A stretch of DNA of 64,000 nt from Treponema sp. (GTDB lineage: Bacteria; Spirochaetota; Spirochaetia; Treponematales; Treponemataceae). Below, piece by piece: positions 48,564-58,468 of the stretch. The stretch spans positions 795 to 64,794 of the forward strand of contig JAKSTH010000002.1 in the NCBI GenBank assembly GCA_024402655.1, read 5' to 3'. Each line of letters starts with the position of its first letter. The first letter of the stretch is position 1. A program made the translations under genes and the position numbers. The notes under the pieces are model-generated. The model was given only the letters and a program-made list of their open reading frames with translations, had not been told where the DNA came from and did no database searches.

Positions 48564-49478
48564 ATGACTTTTCTATTACTTTCACAAAACGACATTTTCT
48601 CTAAAGTTATAAATGCTTCAATTCATGAAATTGAAAAAAATGCAAAAATATATTCTTCAGACTTTTCAAAAAAAAGTATAAAAAAACAAATAAAATACTT
48701 TGAAAAATTATCTTTAATTTTAATTTTTAAAGAAGAAAATTACCAGCTTTCAAATGAAGATATTACAAATCTTTCCGCATTAACAGGTTATGCTCTTGCA
48801 AAAGATGTTCTTATTCTTACAAATATATTTGAACTGGAAGAATTAAATTATTTTCAGAAGGAAAATCTTGTTTTATTAAAATCTAAAAATGATTTTATTG
48901 AATATATAAAACAGAAATACGAATCTATTTCCAGCACAGACACAAAACGTCTTTCAAAAAAGAAATTACTTGAAAAAGGTATTCCATTTACTCCAGACTG
49001 TTTTGGAACTTATATTGCAAAAGATAAAACAGAAATCTGTAATCTTTTTATTTCTGGCGGCATGGATATAAATTCTCGTGATGAAAATGGAACTCCATTA
49101 ATCAACATTGCAGTTAGAAATGATAACGAAGAACTTGTTAAAAAATTCATAAAGCTTGGTGCAGATATAAATCTTGTTTCAGAAGACAGAGGATATACAC
49201 CTGTTATGGATGCAGTTTGGCGCGGAAATCTTGAACTTACAAAGCTTTTTATTAAAGAAGGTGCAGAACTAAATACAATAAATAAAGAAGGACAATCAAA
49301 TCTTGTACTTGCTGTTGGTGCAGACAGAGTAAAAATTGTAGAAGTTTTAGCAAAAGCTGGTGCAGATCCTGATATTAAAGATCAGATGGGAATGAGTGCA
49401 TATGGTTATGCTTCTTTGTTCAAAAAAGTAGAAATCCTTAAAATCCTTGAACCTTATCATAAACCACTTTTATGTTAG
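48564..49478 (+). CDS. Cytoplasmic ankyrin-repeat protein
   Basis: GTPLINIA, GYTPVMDA, GQSNLVLA, GMSAYGYA; TTGATT-16-TATAAT 6 nt before ATG. Confidence 0.88.
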   Translation: MTFLLLSQNDIFSKVINASIHEIEKNAKIYSSDFSKKSIKKQIKYFEKLSLILIFKEENYQLSNEDITNLSALTGYALAKDVLILTNIFELEELNYFQKENLVLLKSKNDFIEYIKQKYESISSTDTKRLSKKKLLEKGIPFTPDCFGTYIAKDKTEICNLFISGGMDINSRDENGTPLINIAVRNDNEELVKKFIKLGADINLVSEDRGYTPVMDAVWRGNLELTKLFIKEGAELNTINKEGQSNLVLAVGADRVKIVEVLAKAGADPDIKDQMGMSAYGYASLFKKVEILKILEPYHKPLLC

Positions 49479-49512
49479 TTTAATATTTTTCTAATTTTTA
49501 TATTTTTAATAT

Positions 49513-49556
49513 AAAAAAAGCCCGAATAACTTTGATGGGGTAAGTTATTCGGGCTT
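49513..49556 (-). terminator. Terminator after flgE
   Basis: AAGCCCGAATAACTT...AAGTTATTCGGGCTT with U7 on the minus strand. Confidence 0.88.
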
Positions 49557-49583
49557 AAATATTTGTATTAAATATTAACTATT

Positions 49584-50975
49584 TTAGCGTTTCAAACTCA
49601 AAGCTGTTTCAAGCATTGTGTCTGAAGTCTGAATTGTTTTAGCGTTAGACTGGAAACCACGCTGTGTAACAATCATATCTACCATCTGTTCTGACAAATC
49701 AACGTTTGACATTTCCAAAGCACCAGCCATCAAAGTACCTTTTCCTGCAATTCCTGATTCACCAATTTTTGCCATACCAGAGTTATTTGATTCAACAAAT
49801 GTATTATCACCGGCTTTTTCCAAACCACGATCGTTGGCAAATGTAGCTAAAGCAATTTTACCAATTACACGGCTTGAACCGTTTGTATATACACCAGTAA
49901 TTGTACCAGATGAATCAATCTTAAAGTTATCAAGATAACCTAATGTATATCCATCCTGATAGAAAGCCTTTGTAGAACTCTGTGAAGCTGACTGTGTAAT
50001 TGTATTTTCAAAGCTTCCAATTGTACCAAGATCAATATTTAATGTCTGACGATATGGATTTCCATTTGCATCTGGATTTGAATCTGGAACAGTAAATGAT
50101 GTCTGAAGAACTACTTTTCCAGAAGGATTTGTTACGTTTCCAGCGCTGTCAGTTACAGATTCAAGTGCACCTAAATTACTGAAGTTTACAAGGAATGTAT
50201 TTCCCATTCCATTTGTATCACCAAGACCAACACGAGTCTGTGTAAAATCTGCATTATTTGCATCTACATTTACAGTAGCTTCCCACTGGTTTGGATTTCC
50301 AACTACTCTTCTGAATGAAACAGAAAGAATATGTTCATTACCAAAGCTATCATAAATTTTCTGTTCTGTAGACCAAGTTCCGTTTATAATATCTTCTTCA
50401 CTTGCTCCCTGTAAAATTTCAGGTGTATTTTTATTTAAGTTACAAGCGAACATTACATTAGTTGTTTCTTTGGCAGGATCTTTTGAACCTACTGGAATAA
50501 TAAGGTCTGTTGGTGTAGCAGCTGTTGTAATAATCTGCTGACCATTAACATCCTGTGCCATCCACCCCTGTACTCTCATACCATTTGCAGGATTTACCAA
50601 AGTACCATTGCTGTCTAAGCTGAATGCACCGTTTCTTGTATAGAAAGTTTCTTCACCACTTTTCAAAACAAAGAAACCATTTCCCTGAATTGCCAAGTCT
50701 GTTGAAACACCAGTAGACTGCAAATTACCCTGATTAAAAATATTATCGATTGCAGCTACAGTCATACCAAGACCAATTTCTTTAGGGTTTACACCACCAA
50801 GTTCTTCGCTTGGTTTAGCAGCACCCTGCATCTGCTGGCTAATCATATCCTGGAAGTTTACACGTCCACGTTTAAAACCAACTGTATTTACGTTGGAAAT
50901 GTTATTACCAATTACATCCATTCTAATCTGATGATTCTGCAAACCAGAAACACCTGAATAAAGTGATCTCATCAT
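49584..50975 (-). CDS. flgE: Flagellar hook protein
   Basis: [45 protein letters not shown]. Confidence 0.96.
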   Translation of the reverse strand: MMRSLYSGVSGLQNHQIRMDVIGNNISNVNTVGFKRGRVNFQDMISQQMQGAAKPSEELGGVNPKEIGLGMTVAAIDNIFNQGNLQSTGVSTDLAIQGNGFFVLKSGEETFYTRNGAFSLDSNGTLVNPANGMRVQGWMAQDVNGQQIITTAATPTDLIIPVGSKDPAKETTNVMFACNLNKNTPEILQGASEEDIINGTWSTEQKIYDSFGNEHILSVSFRRVVGNPNQWEATVNVDANNADFTQTRVGLGDTNGMGNTFLVNFSNLGALESVTDSAGNVTNPSGKVVLQTSFTVPDSNPDANGNPYRQTLNIDLGTIGSFENTITQSASQSSTKAFYQDGYTLGYLDNFKIDSSGTITGVYTNGSSRVIGKIALATFANDRGLEKAGDNTFVESNNSGMAKIGESGIAGKGTLMAGALEMSNVDLSEQMVDMIVTQRGFQSNAKTIQTSDTMLETALSLKR

Positions 50976-51002
50976 AAAGCGTTTTCTCCTTCTCTCCACC
51001 CG

Positions 51003-51461
51003 TTAGTTGGCATAAATAGCCGCAATTTTGTTTATATCATAACGCATACCGTTAACGATAACTTCAGGTTTTTCCCCTCGAACAGTTCCCTGAACTACGC
51101 CTCTAACAGTTGCGTCTCCCACATTCAATTCCACAGTTTTTCCTAATGTAGAAGTAGCTGTTGTTTCTGTAATATAATTAGCCATCTTCTCAAAGGAAGT
51201 ACTCATGTTTGTCATCTGTTCCAACGAACTGAACTGTGCCATCTGAGCAATAAACTCAGTATTTTCCATTGGTTCTGTTGGATCCTGATTTTGCATTTGT
51301 GTAATAAGGAGCTTTAAAAAGTCATCCTTTCCCAACTCATTGGAAGTTTTTCTTCCGTTTACCTCATTCTGCTTGTTGTAGAAATCTACAGCCTGATCAA
51401 CTGCAAGTTTTTCCGAAGCAGACATTTGTGTGTTTAGTGTTCCCATCATTACCTCACTCAC
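51003..51461 (-). CDS. flgD: Flagellar hook-capping protein
   Basis: LGKDDFLKLLITQMQNQDP, QMAQFSSLEQM. Confidence 0.95.
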   Translation of the reverse strand: MSEVMMGTLNTQMSASEKLAVDQAVDFYNKQNEVNGRKTSNELGKDDFLKLLITQMQNQDPTEPMENTEFIAQMAQFSSLEQMTNMSTSFEKMANYITETTATSTLGKTVELNVGDATVRGVVQGTVRGEKPEVIVNGMRYDINKIAAIYAN

Positions 51462-51475
51462 AATATATCGTCACC

Positions 51476-52822
51476 TTATGCAACGATGTTTATCGAATAA
51501 TTATCATTTTTTGAAGAAATTAATTCATTTATCTGTGAATCAATTACATCAGAAGCTGAATCATTATTTCCGTATATTTTTTTAGCCATAAAACTTCCTT
51601 CATCAAACTGATTTGTAAAGTTCTGGCTGTTATTACTTGAATTATTGTTGTATGAAACATTAAAATCTGCTGCATCAAAACCATTTTTTATGAAAGCTTC
51701 ACGCAATGTCTGAGCATTATCTTTAAATACTTCCATTGCTTCTTTTGTTGCAACAACTATATGACCATTTACTGTTTTTCCATCAAGAGAAAGATGAATT
51801 TTTACATTTCCTAAATCATCTGGATGTAAAACAAGATTAATAGTTCCCTGATCATTATTTTTAAGAATAATGCTTCCTGTTTTTACAAATTCCGGAACAT
51901 TCTGCTGAACCTGATTATTCAACATTGCCTGGAAATTTGAATTATCTGCAGCAGCTGTCTGATTATTCAAAGAAAGAATATTGTCTTCGCTAACCTGGTT
52001 TGCATAATCCATAGTAATAGTTGCAGTATTTTCATTGTTAATTTTTACATCAATATTCATTTTTACAGCTTTTTTGTCTGAATTATCTTTTTCTACAGGT
52101 TCAGTTCTTAAATCTTTAACTGTAATTTTTCCGTCTTTATCTAATTTTGTAATTTTTTCTGATTTATCTGATTTTTTAACCGAATTTTCTTTAGAAAAAC
52201 TTACATTTTTTTCATTTTCATTCTTTTTTATAGAGGCAACATCAATCTTTTCTTCAGTTTTTTCACCAGAAGATTTTTTATTTTTAATTGATTTTAATTC
52301 TTCATTATTTTCAATCTGATTTAATAATTCATTTGCTATCAACTGTTCAGATTCAACTGAAATTTCATCCTGAACTTTTACTTCAACATTTTCTTTTTTA
52401 ATAGAAAGTTCAAGTTTTTCATTAATTTCAGGTTCATTTTCTTCAGACTGTACAATAATAGCATTATTAATCTGCATTTCTACAGGAACTTTTTTATCTG
52501 AATCTTCTTCTACAACTTCTTCAGTTTTAAGAGTTTCTTCCTGTTTTTCAGATTTTTTTACTTTTTCGTCAGCAGTTTTTGTTTCAGTTTTTTCTTCTTT
52601 TACAGTTTCAACTTTATTTTCTTCTTTAATTGGAGTGTTATTCTGAGAAATGTTTTTTTCAGCATCAAAGTCAATTTTATTTTCAATATTTGCTTTGTTA
52701 ATTAAAGCTTCAAACGAAACCTTAGTTTCATTATTTTCTTTCTGTGATGTCTGATTAGATTTTGAATTTTCTAATTCTTGTAATTGTGAATTATAAGAAA
52801 TGTCAGTAACTAAAGCCTGCAT
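51476..52822 (-). CDS. fliK: Flagellar hook-length control protein
   Basis: Disordered E/K-rich N-terminus; LVLHPDDLGNV; SINIVA end; GGAGG SD before ATG 52822. Confidence 0.88.
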   Translation of the reverse strand: MQALVTDISYNSQLQELENSKSNQTSQKENNETKVSFEALINKANIENKIDFDAEKNISQNNTPIKEENKVETVKEEKTETKTADEKVKKSEKQEETLKTEEVVEEDSDKKVPVEMQINNAIIVQSEENEPEINEKLELSIKKENVEVKVQDEISVESEQLIANELLNQIENNEELKSIKNKKSSGEKTEEKIDVASIKKNENEKNVSFSKENSVKKSDKSEKITKLDKDGKITVKDLRTEPVEKDNSDKKAVKMNIDVKINNENTATITMDYANQVSEDNILSLNNQTAAADNSNFQAMLNNQVQQNVPEFVKTGSIILKNNDQGTINLVLHPDDLGNVKIHLSLDGKTVNGHIVVATKEAMEVFKDNAQTLREAFIKNGFDAADFNVSYNNNSSNNSQNFTNQFDEGSFMAKKIYGNNDSASDVIDSQINELISSKNDNYSINIVA

Positions 52823-52870
52823 TGGCAATACCTCCAACGTATAACATTAAAGGATTGCCTGTCTTTGGTA

Positions 52871-53500
52871 CTAATCCAAGGAGTCTGGTTTGTTTATAAG
52901 TTTCCTGTTTATCTGTGCAGCTCTTTCTGCAGGCATTAAGGAAGTCCAGTAAGCTACCATGGAAGCTTTTCCTTCAGCAGCAGCCATTTCTTCTACCTTT
53001 CTCAAAATGTCTATAACATCCTGATCATTCATGGCAACAAGAATGTCTACAGCCGCTTCAGGTCTCATACCATTAAGGGTATTAGCAATCTGTTCAATGT
53101 TTACATTTTTAGTATCGTATTTTTCTACAATAAGTTTAAAGTTTTCTTCTCTTTCTTCTTGATTTTTTTGTCTTTCAGCTAATTCTTCAGCAATTTGTGC
53201 ATTCAACTGTTCTGCTGAAACTATATCAGCTTCTCTTTTTTCAAGTTCTTCTAACTGAATTGTAAGAGCTTCTTTTTGTTTGTTGAGTCTGTCTTCGTCA
53301 AGATTTTTTACAAGAGGTTTTGTCTGAGTTGATGTGGAAGATGTTTGAGGTTCTTTGCCTGCTGCTTTATAAACTGGGGAAAATATTGATTTTACATGAA
53401 CTACACCTAAATAGTCGAACCACAAAAGTCCGCCTAAAACAAGAATAATTATGATTAAAAGAAGAATAAATGATTTTCCTAAGTTTTTCTTTACAGACAT
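52871..53500 (-). CDS. flbB: Periplasmic flagellar collar protein FlbB
   Basis: GGLLWFDYLG TM segment, coiled coil, MRPEAAVDIL, LMPAERAA. Confidence 0.88.
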   Translation of the reverse strand: MSVKKNLGKSFILLLIIIILVLGGLLWFDYLGVVHVKSIFSPVYKAAGKEPQTSSTSTQTKPLVKNLDEDRLNKQKEALTIQLEELEKREADIVSAEQLNAQIAEELAERQKNQEEREENFKLIVEKYDTKNVNIEQIANTLNGMRPEAAVDILVAMNDQDVIDILRKVEEMAAAEGKASMVAYWTSLMPAERAAQINRKLINKPDSLD

Positions 53501-53519
53501 TTTCCCCTCACTTTACTAA

Positions 53520-53560
53520 ATTATACCATAAAATGGGATTTTTTGTATATAAAATCCCAT
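53520..53560 (-). promoter_or_regulatory. Extended -10 promoter for flbB-fliK-flgD-flgE, overlapping the hexokinase terminator-like hairpin
   Basis: TGGTATAAT at 53528-53520; ATGGGATTTT/AAAATCCCAT inverted repeat at 53533-53560. Confidence 0.65.
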
Positions 53561-53577
53561 CTATGCAGGTATAAATC

Positions 53578-54867
53578 TTAGTCTATTAAGCCTGCAATAG
53601 CAGCACCTAAAGTAATATCGTTATCACAAGAAGTAATTCTCCAGAAAATACCAAGTTCTTTTGTAAGAATTTCATCCAGATAACCGTGAACTCTTTCTTT
53701 AATCATAAAAGTCTTAAAGAATGTTGTTCCATCACAAAGCATACAAATTGGTTTTGAAGCAATTTTTCCTGCATTTGTCTGAATAGCACATGCAATTAAA
53801 ATAGCGGCAGCATAACGTGCAGAACGTTCTACAATTGCATCAAGAATCTGGAACATTTTGTCAGAATCTTCATCTGTTCCCAATTCTACAGCAATTTTTC
53901 CAAGTACATTGTCTGTATTATAAGGACCGTGAAGATACTGGTCCATCTGAATAAGAGTAAGAACTGGAAGTTTTAAGATTGCTTCATTAACTTTTTCAGT
54001 AAAAAGCCCGTCTTTTGCAGCAGCCTGCAAAGCATACCATGAAACAGGACCAAGATAAGCACCTGAACAAAGTTTTTCCAAAAGGAAAGTTCCAGGTTTT
54101 GTTGTAGTTTTATCAAATTCAATATCAAAATCAGAACGATTTACACTTAAGAATTTTCCGCTTTCACAAACAATAATCTGCTGGTCAATTTTACATTCAT
54201 CACAAGAAGGCTGAATATAAGCAGCATTCATACCTGTTCCAAGAATGTATCCAATATATGAGGAATAACGATCAGCATCTGTAGCACAAGCAGCTCCAGC
54301 AAGTAAAGCTGCAACTGTATCATTACACAAAGAAATACGTTTAATAGAATTCCATCCGTTTGCTGTAAGTTCTTCTACAAGACATTTACCAATTTCGCAA
54401 CCAACAACTTCTGGTGCTTTTACTTCTTTAGAAAATCCTAAAAGAACACCATCTCCGTTTTCTTTAATTGTCATAGGATATGAAAAACAGAAACCAATTC
54501 TGTCAGCTTTGTTTTTAAGATGTTCAAGATTTTTAGCAAACTGAGCAAAAAATTCCTTTTTAGAAAGTTCCTTTTCAACACCAGGCATTTTTGTTTTTTC
54601 CATATCAGAAATTTGTGGAACACCGTTAGCATCGAAAGTTACAAGACATGAACGGAAGTTTGTACCACCGGCATCAATAACAATAACAGATTTTCCTTTA
54701 GCAGAAGATGCAGGAGGATTACAGAAAGTTCTAATCATATCCTGATTTGCTGGTTCTTTTTTAAGACCTTTAATCATATCTTCTCTAATTGCCTGAGCAA
54801 CAGATAAAATATCTACATGATTTACAAAATTGTGACGTGCAAGAAATGCTGAAACTGAATTATTCAT
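53578..54867 (-). CDS. Hexokinase (eukaryote-type family)
   Basis: IDAGGTNFR, GFCFSYP, NDTVAAL, ILGTGMNAAY, EKLCSGAYLG. Confidence 0.92.
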   Translation of the reverse strand: MNNSVSAFLARHNFVNHVDILSVAQAIREDMIKGLKKEPANQDMIRTFCNPPASSAKGKSVIVIDAGGTNFRSCLVTFDANGVPQISDMEKTKMPGVEKELSKKEFFAQFAKNLEHLKNKADRIGFCFSYPMTIKENGDGVLLGFSKEVKAPEVVGCEIGKCLVEELTANGWNSIKRISLCNDTVAALLAGAACATDADRYSSYIGYILGTGMNAAYIQPSCDECKIDQQIIVCESGKFLSVNRSDFDIEFDKTTTKPGTFLLEKLCSGAYLGPVSWYALQAAAKDGLFTEKVNEAILKLPVLTLIQMDQYLHGPYNTDNVLGKIAVELGTDEDSDKMFQILDAIVERSARYAAAILIACAIQTNAGKIASKPICMLCDGTTFFKTFMIKERVHGYLDEILTKELGIFWRITSCDNDITLGAAIAGLID

Positions 54868-54993
54868 TTTTAAAAATTCCTAAAATTTTATAATGTTTAT
54901 ATTCTATTATTATAATATTTATTGAAGTAAATAGCAAATAGTGGAAAAACATATTCTCAACTCACCTATTTTTTGTTATATTTTTATTACCTT

Positions 54994-56997
54994 ATGATAG
55001 ATCTTGAAACTCTTAAAGATGAATTAAATCCACAACAGTACAGAGCTGTTACAACAACAGATGGTGCAATTTTAATTATTGCCGGTGCTGGAAGTGGTAA
55101 AACTCGTGTTATTACATTCCGAATAGCTCATATGCTTGATAAAGGTATTCCTCAAAGTCAGATTCTTGCATTAACTTTTACAAATAAAGCTGCAAAAGAA
55201 ATGGAAACCAGAATTAAGGAATTAACACAGCGAAAATTGCAGAATCTTACAGTTTCAACATTCCACGCTTTTGGAGTAAAAGTTCTTCGTGCTGATATAG
55301 ATAAACTTGGCTATAGAGAAAATTTTAGTATTTATGATGAAACCGACCGTGTTGCACTTATTAAAGAATGTGGTCGCGAATTAAAATATTCTCCAGACGC
55401 TATGGATATTTATATGATTGGTAATCTCATTTCAAATATCAAAACAGGACGCAAAAATTGGGAAACTTCTAATGACATGTACCGTCCTTTGTACGAAAGC
55501 TATCAGGAAGGCCTAAAACTTTATAATGCTGTTGATTTTGACGACCTTATTGTTCTTCCTATAAAGCTTTTTAAAGAATGCCCGGAAGTGCTTGCAAAAT
55601 ATAGAGATCGTTTTAAATACATTATGGTAGACGAATTTCAAGACACAAGTCACCAGCAGTATGAATTAATGCATTTACTTGCAGATAAAAATGTTGCTGT
55701 AGTTGGTGATGATGATCAGTCTATTTACAGCTGGCGTGGTGCTGACTATCAGAATATTATTAACTTTGAAAAAGATTTTGATGTAACAGAAATCCGCCTT
55801 GAACAAAATTATCGCTCTACAGAAACTATTCTTGAAGCTGCAAACGGTGTAATTGCCCATAATACAAACAGAAAAGATAAAAAATTATGGAGCGGTAACG
55901 GTGGCGGAAAACCAATTGAAATTTTTATGCCAGAAAATGAAAGTGATGAAGCAGATTTTATAGCAGAAAGCATCTTGGGAATTGCAGCCGAAGAACGCCG
56001 TAAATATGACGAATTTGGTGTTTTAATGCGGGCAAATACTCAGAGCCGATGGATAGAAGAAGCATTCCTTCAGTCAAATATTCCATATGTTATGAGTGGT
56101 GGTACTTCATTTTTCGAGCGCAAAGAAATTAAAGATATTATCAGTTATCTTCGTGTTATTGCAAATCATGACGATGATATTAACCTTTTACGCATTATTA
56201 ATACCCCTCGCCGTGAAATTGGCCGTGTTACCATTCAGCTTTTAAATGATGTGGCTGAAAAAAATGGATGTACTTTATGGAATGCTATAGATTATTGTCT
56301 CCATGCACAGGATTCAGCAGCAACAGAAAGTGTTAAAGAAAATTTACAAATTTTTGTAGATATAATTGAAAATCATAGACAAAAACTTTTAAGTGGTCGT
56401 GGTCTTTCTCAAAAAGTTCGTCAAATGGTAGAAGATATTAATTACAAAGATTATCTAATAACTGAATATTCAAAAAGTGAAAAAGCTGTTCGTTTTAAAC
56501 TTTTGAATATTGAAAGTCTTATAAATTCCATGGAAGTTTGGGAAAACGATCCAGATAATACTAATCCAAATCTTTTTAATTATTTAAATAGAATTACACT
56601 TATTTCCCGCGATAATGGTGATGATGAAAATGACAAAGGAAAAGTAAATCTTATGACAATTCATGCGTCAAAAGGTTTGGAATTTCCAGTTGTATTTATT
56701 GCAGGTGCAGAAGAAGGTCTTATTCCACATGCCCGCTCTGTAGAAGAAAATAACGGGGATGTGGAAGAAGAAAGACGACTTTTTTATGTTGCAATTACAA
56801 GAGCAAGAGATAAACTTTTTATTTCAAGCTGCAGAAAAAGACGCCACATGCAGATGGTTCGTGAATGTGAACCAAGCCGTTTTTTAGATGAAATTCCATC
56901 TAATCTGGTTGAATACCATGAACCAAAGCAAATTACAGAAGAAGAAACACATGCCATGCTTTCAGATTTCCTTGCAGATCTGAAAGCACGATCATAA
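54994..56997 (+). CDS. UvrD/Rep/PcrA family DNA helicase
   Basis: AGAGSGKT, TFTNKAA, VDEFQDT, VGDDDQSIY, LEQNYRS, TIHASKGLEF, YVAITRA. Confidence 0.96.
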   Translation: MIDLETLKDELNPQQYRAVTTTDGAILIIAGAGSGKTRVITFRIAHMLDKGIPQSQILALTFTNKAAKEMETRIKELTQRKLQNLTVSTFHAFGVKVLRADIDKLGYRENFSIYDETDRVALIKECGRELKYSPDAMDIYMIGNLISNIKTGRKNWETSNDMYRPLYESYQEGLKLYNAVDFDDLIVLPIKLFKECPEVLAKYRDRFKYIMVDEFQDTSHQQYELMHLLADKNVAVVGDDDQSIYSWRGADYQNIINFEKDFDVTEIRLEQNYRSTETILEAANGVIAHNTNRKDKKLWSGNGGGKPIEIFMPENESDEADFIAESILGIAAEERRKYDEFGVLMRANTQSRWIEEAFLQSNIPYVMSGGTSFFERKEIKDIISYLRVIANHDDDINLLRIINTPRREIGRVTIQLLNDVAEKNGCTLWNAIDYCLHAQDSAATESVKENLQIFVDIIENHRQKLLSGRGLSQKVRQMVEDINYKDYLITEYSKSEKAVRFKLLNIESLINSMEVWENDPDNTNPNLFNYLNRITLISRDNGDDENDKGKVNLMTIHASKGLEFPVVFIAGAEEGLIPHARSVEENNGDVEEERRLFYVAITRARDKLFISSCRKRRHMQMVRECEPSRFLDEIPSNLVEYHEPKQITEEETHAMLSDFLADLKARS

Positions 56998-57001
56998 TTC
57001 T

Positions 57002-58357
57002 TTAGAAAGCAATACCTATCATTAAATCAAAGCGTGAACCATTATAGAATGAATACTTGTAAGTTGCAGACAAGTCAAAATGATCCAAAATAAGATTGAT
57101 TCCAACTTCTGGTACAGCTGCAAGAATTGGTTCGGTTTCACAAATATAACCTGATTGTACAAAAACATCAGAAGAATCCACAATTTCTGCAAAATAATGC
57201 TGGTCTACTATATCAAGACCACAACCAAGCATAAGCCATGTATGTGGAACTGTCTTTATTGTAAGACCACCAGAAATATTAATTATACTGTCGTATGCAA
57301 AAACAGGATCTTTTGCATAATATTTTTCAAAATAATATGAATCATTAAGATTTACTCTGTTAGAAGAATCTGTTCCAGCAAAATATCCAATATCGCTATC
57401 TAACCAGTTTGGCTGCTGGTAAGAAAATCCACCATAAGCACCAACTGTTTTTCCAGAATAAATATAGTAACCGCCCCATCTTGTATAATCAGGTACACCA
57501 CAAGAAAGCATAATACTATGTCTTCCATAAGTTCTGTCTTTTAATGGGTTTGCAACATTATCTCTGTCGCTTCTAGAAAAATAAAAGTCAATAAATTCAT
57601 TTTTTGAAACTGTAAAACGAACTCTATAATCTGGTCCAGAACCAGCTGGAACTGAAAATGAACCTCTATATGAACTGCCTGTTACAACAGTTGATGTAAG
57701 GCTTGAAGGTGTAGTTGAATTATAATTTCTGTTTGTACTGCTAGAAGAAGATGAATTACCACCATCTACAATAACCCAATTGAATACAGGAGCTGGAGTT
57801 ATAACAGTTGTTCTTCTAGATGGTGCAACAGAAGGTACTCTAGATGAAGAAGAAGGTGTTCTTGAAACTCTGCTGGAAGAAGAACTTGAAGATTTTGATG
57901 AAGAAGATGTTGTTGCGTTACAAATTTCAGCAAGTGTTAAAGCACACAGACAAGTTGCTCCAGCTATTAAACATGCTTCTGCAGTAGTTATAGCATCAGT
58001 TGGAATTGATGAAGAAACAGAAGTTGTTGTTGTATTTGAATAAGCTGAAGCAGTATTTTCAATCCATGTATCTGTATCAAAATTACCATAGTAAGTTTTA
58101 ATACAATCCTGACGCATTAAATAATCTGGATCTGTAATATTATCAAGACTAAAATTATATTTTAAAACATCATCTTTAAGTTCAGCGCCAATTGTAATTG
58201 CCATTCCATTATCTGCGATTACTGTCTGCTGAAGATTTCCGCTTGCATCTGTTGATATCTGATTATAAGAAACTTTAACTGGGGAAACCGATACTTTAGC
58301 TGCAAAAACTAAATTACCAACGGCCAGACCGGCTAAAATCATCATAAGTTTCTTCAT
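57002..58357 (-). CDS. Secreted protein with Ser-rich linker and putative C-terminal outer-membrane beta-barrel
   Basis: Signal peptide (VFA-A); amphipathic aromatic/Gly strands; terminal RFDLMIGIAF. Confidence 0.6.
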   Translation of the reverse strand: MKKLMMILAGLAVGNLVFAAKVSVSPVKVSYNQISTDASGNLQQTVIADNGMAITIGAELKDDVLKYNFSLDNITDPDYLMRQDCIKTYYGNFDTDTWIENTASAYSNTTTTSVSSSIPTDAITTAEACLIAGATCLCALTLAEICNATTSSSSKSSSSSSSRVSRTPSSSSRVPSVAPSRRTTVITPAPVFNWVIVDGGNSSSSSSTNRNYNSTTPSSLTSTVVTGSSYRGSFSVPAGSGPDYRVRFTVSKNEFIDFYFSRSDRDNVANPLKDRTYGRHSIMLSCGVPDYTRWGGYYIYSGKTVGAYGGFSYQQPNWLDSDIGYFAGTDSSNRVNLNDSYYFEKYYAKDPVFAYDSIINISGGLTIKTVPHTWLMLGCGLDIVDQHYFAEIVDSSDVFVQSGYICETEPILAAVPEVGINLILDHFDLSATYKYSFYNGSRFDLMIGIAF

Positions 58358-58468
58358 AATTATTCTCCCTTAATTTTGTTTAATAAACAAATTATAAATC
58401 ATTAAAAAAATTATTTCATAAGAAAATAATAAGAAAACACTAAGAAACCAAGCCGGTCCGGTTAATTA

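Noticed and set aside
48268-48585. 105-aa minus-strand ORF
   Set aside because: It runs through tRNA-Phe and its promoter, so it is a spurious translation.
53578-54867. Eukaryote-like hexokinase as a novel horizontal transfer
   Set aside because: This family is already known in treponemes.
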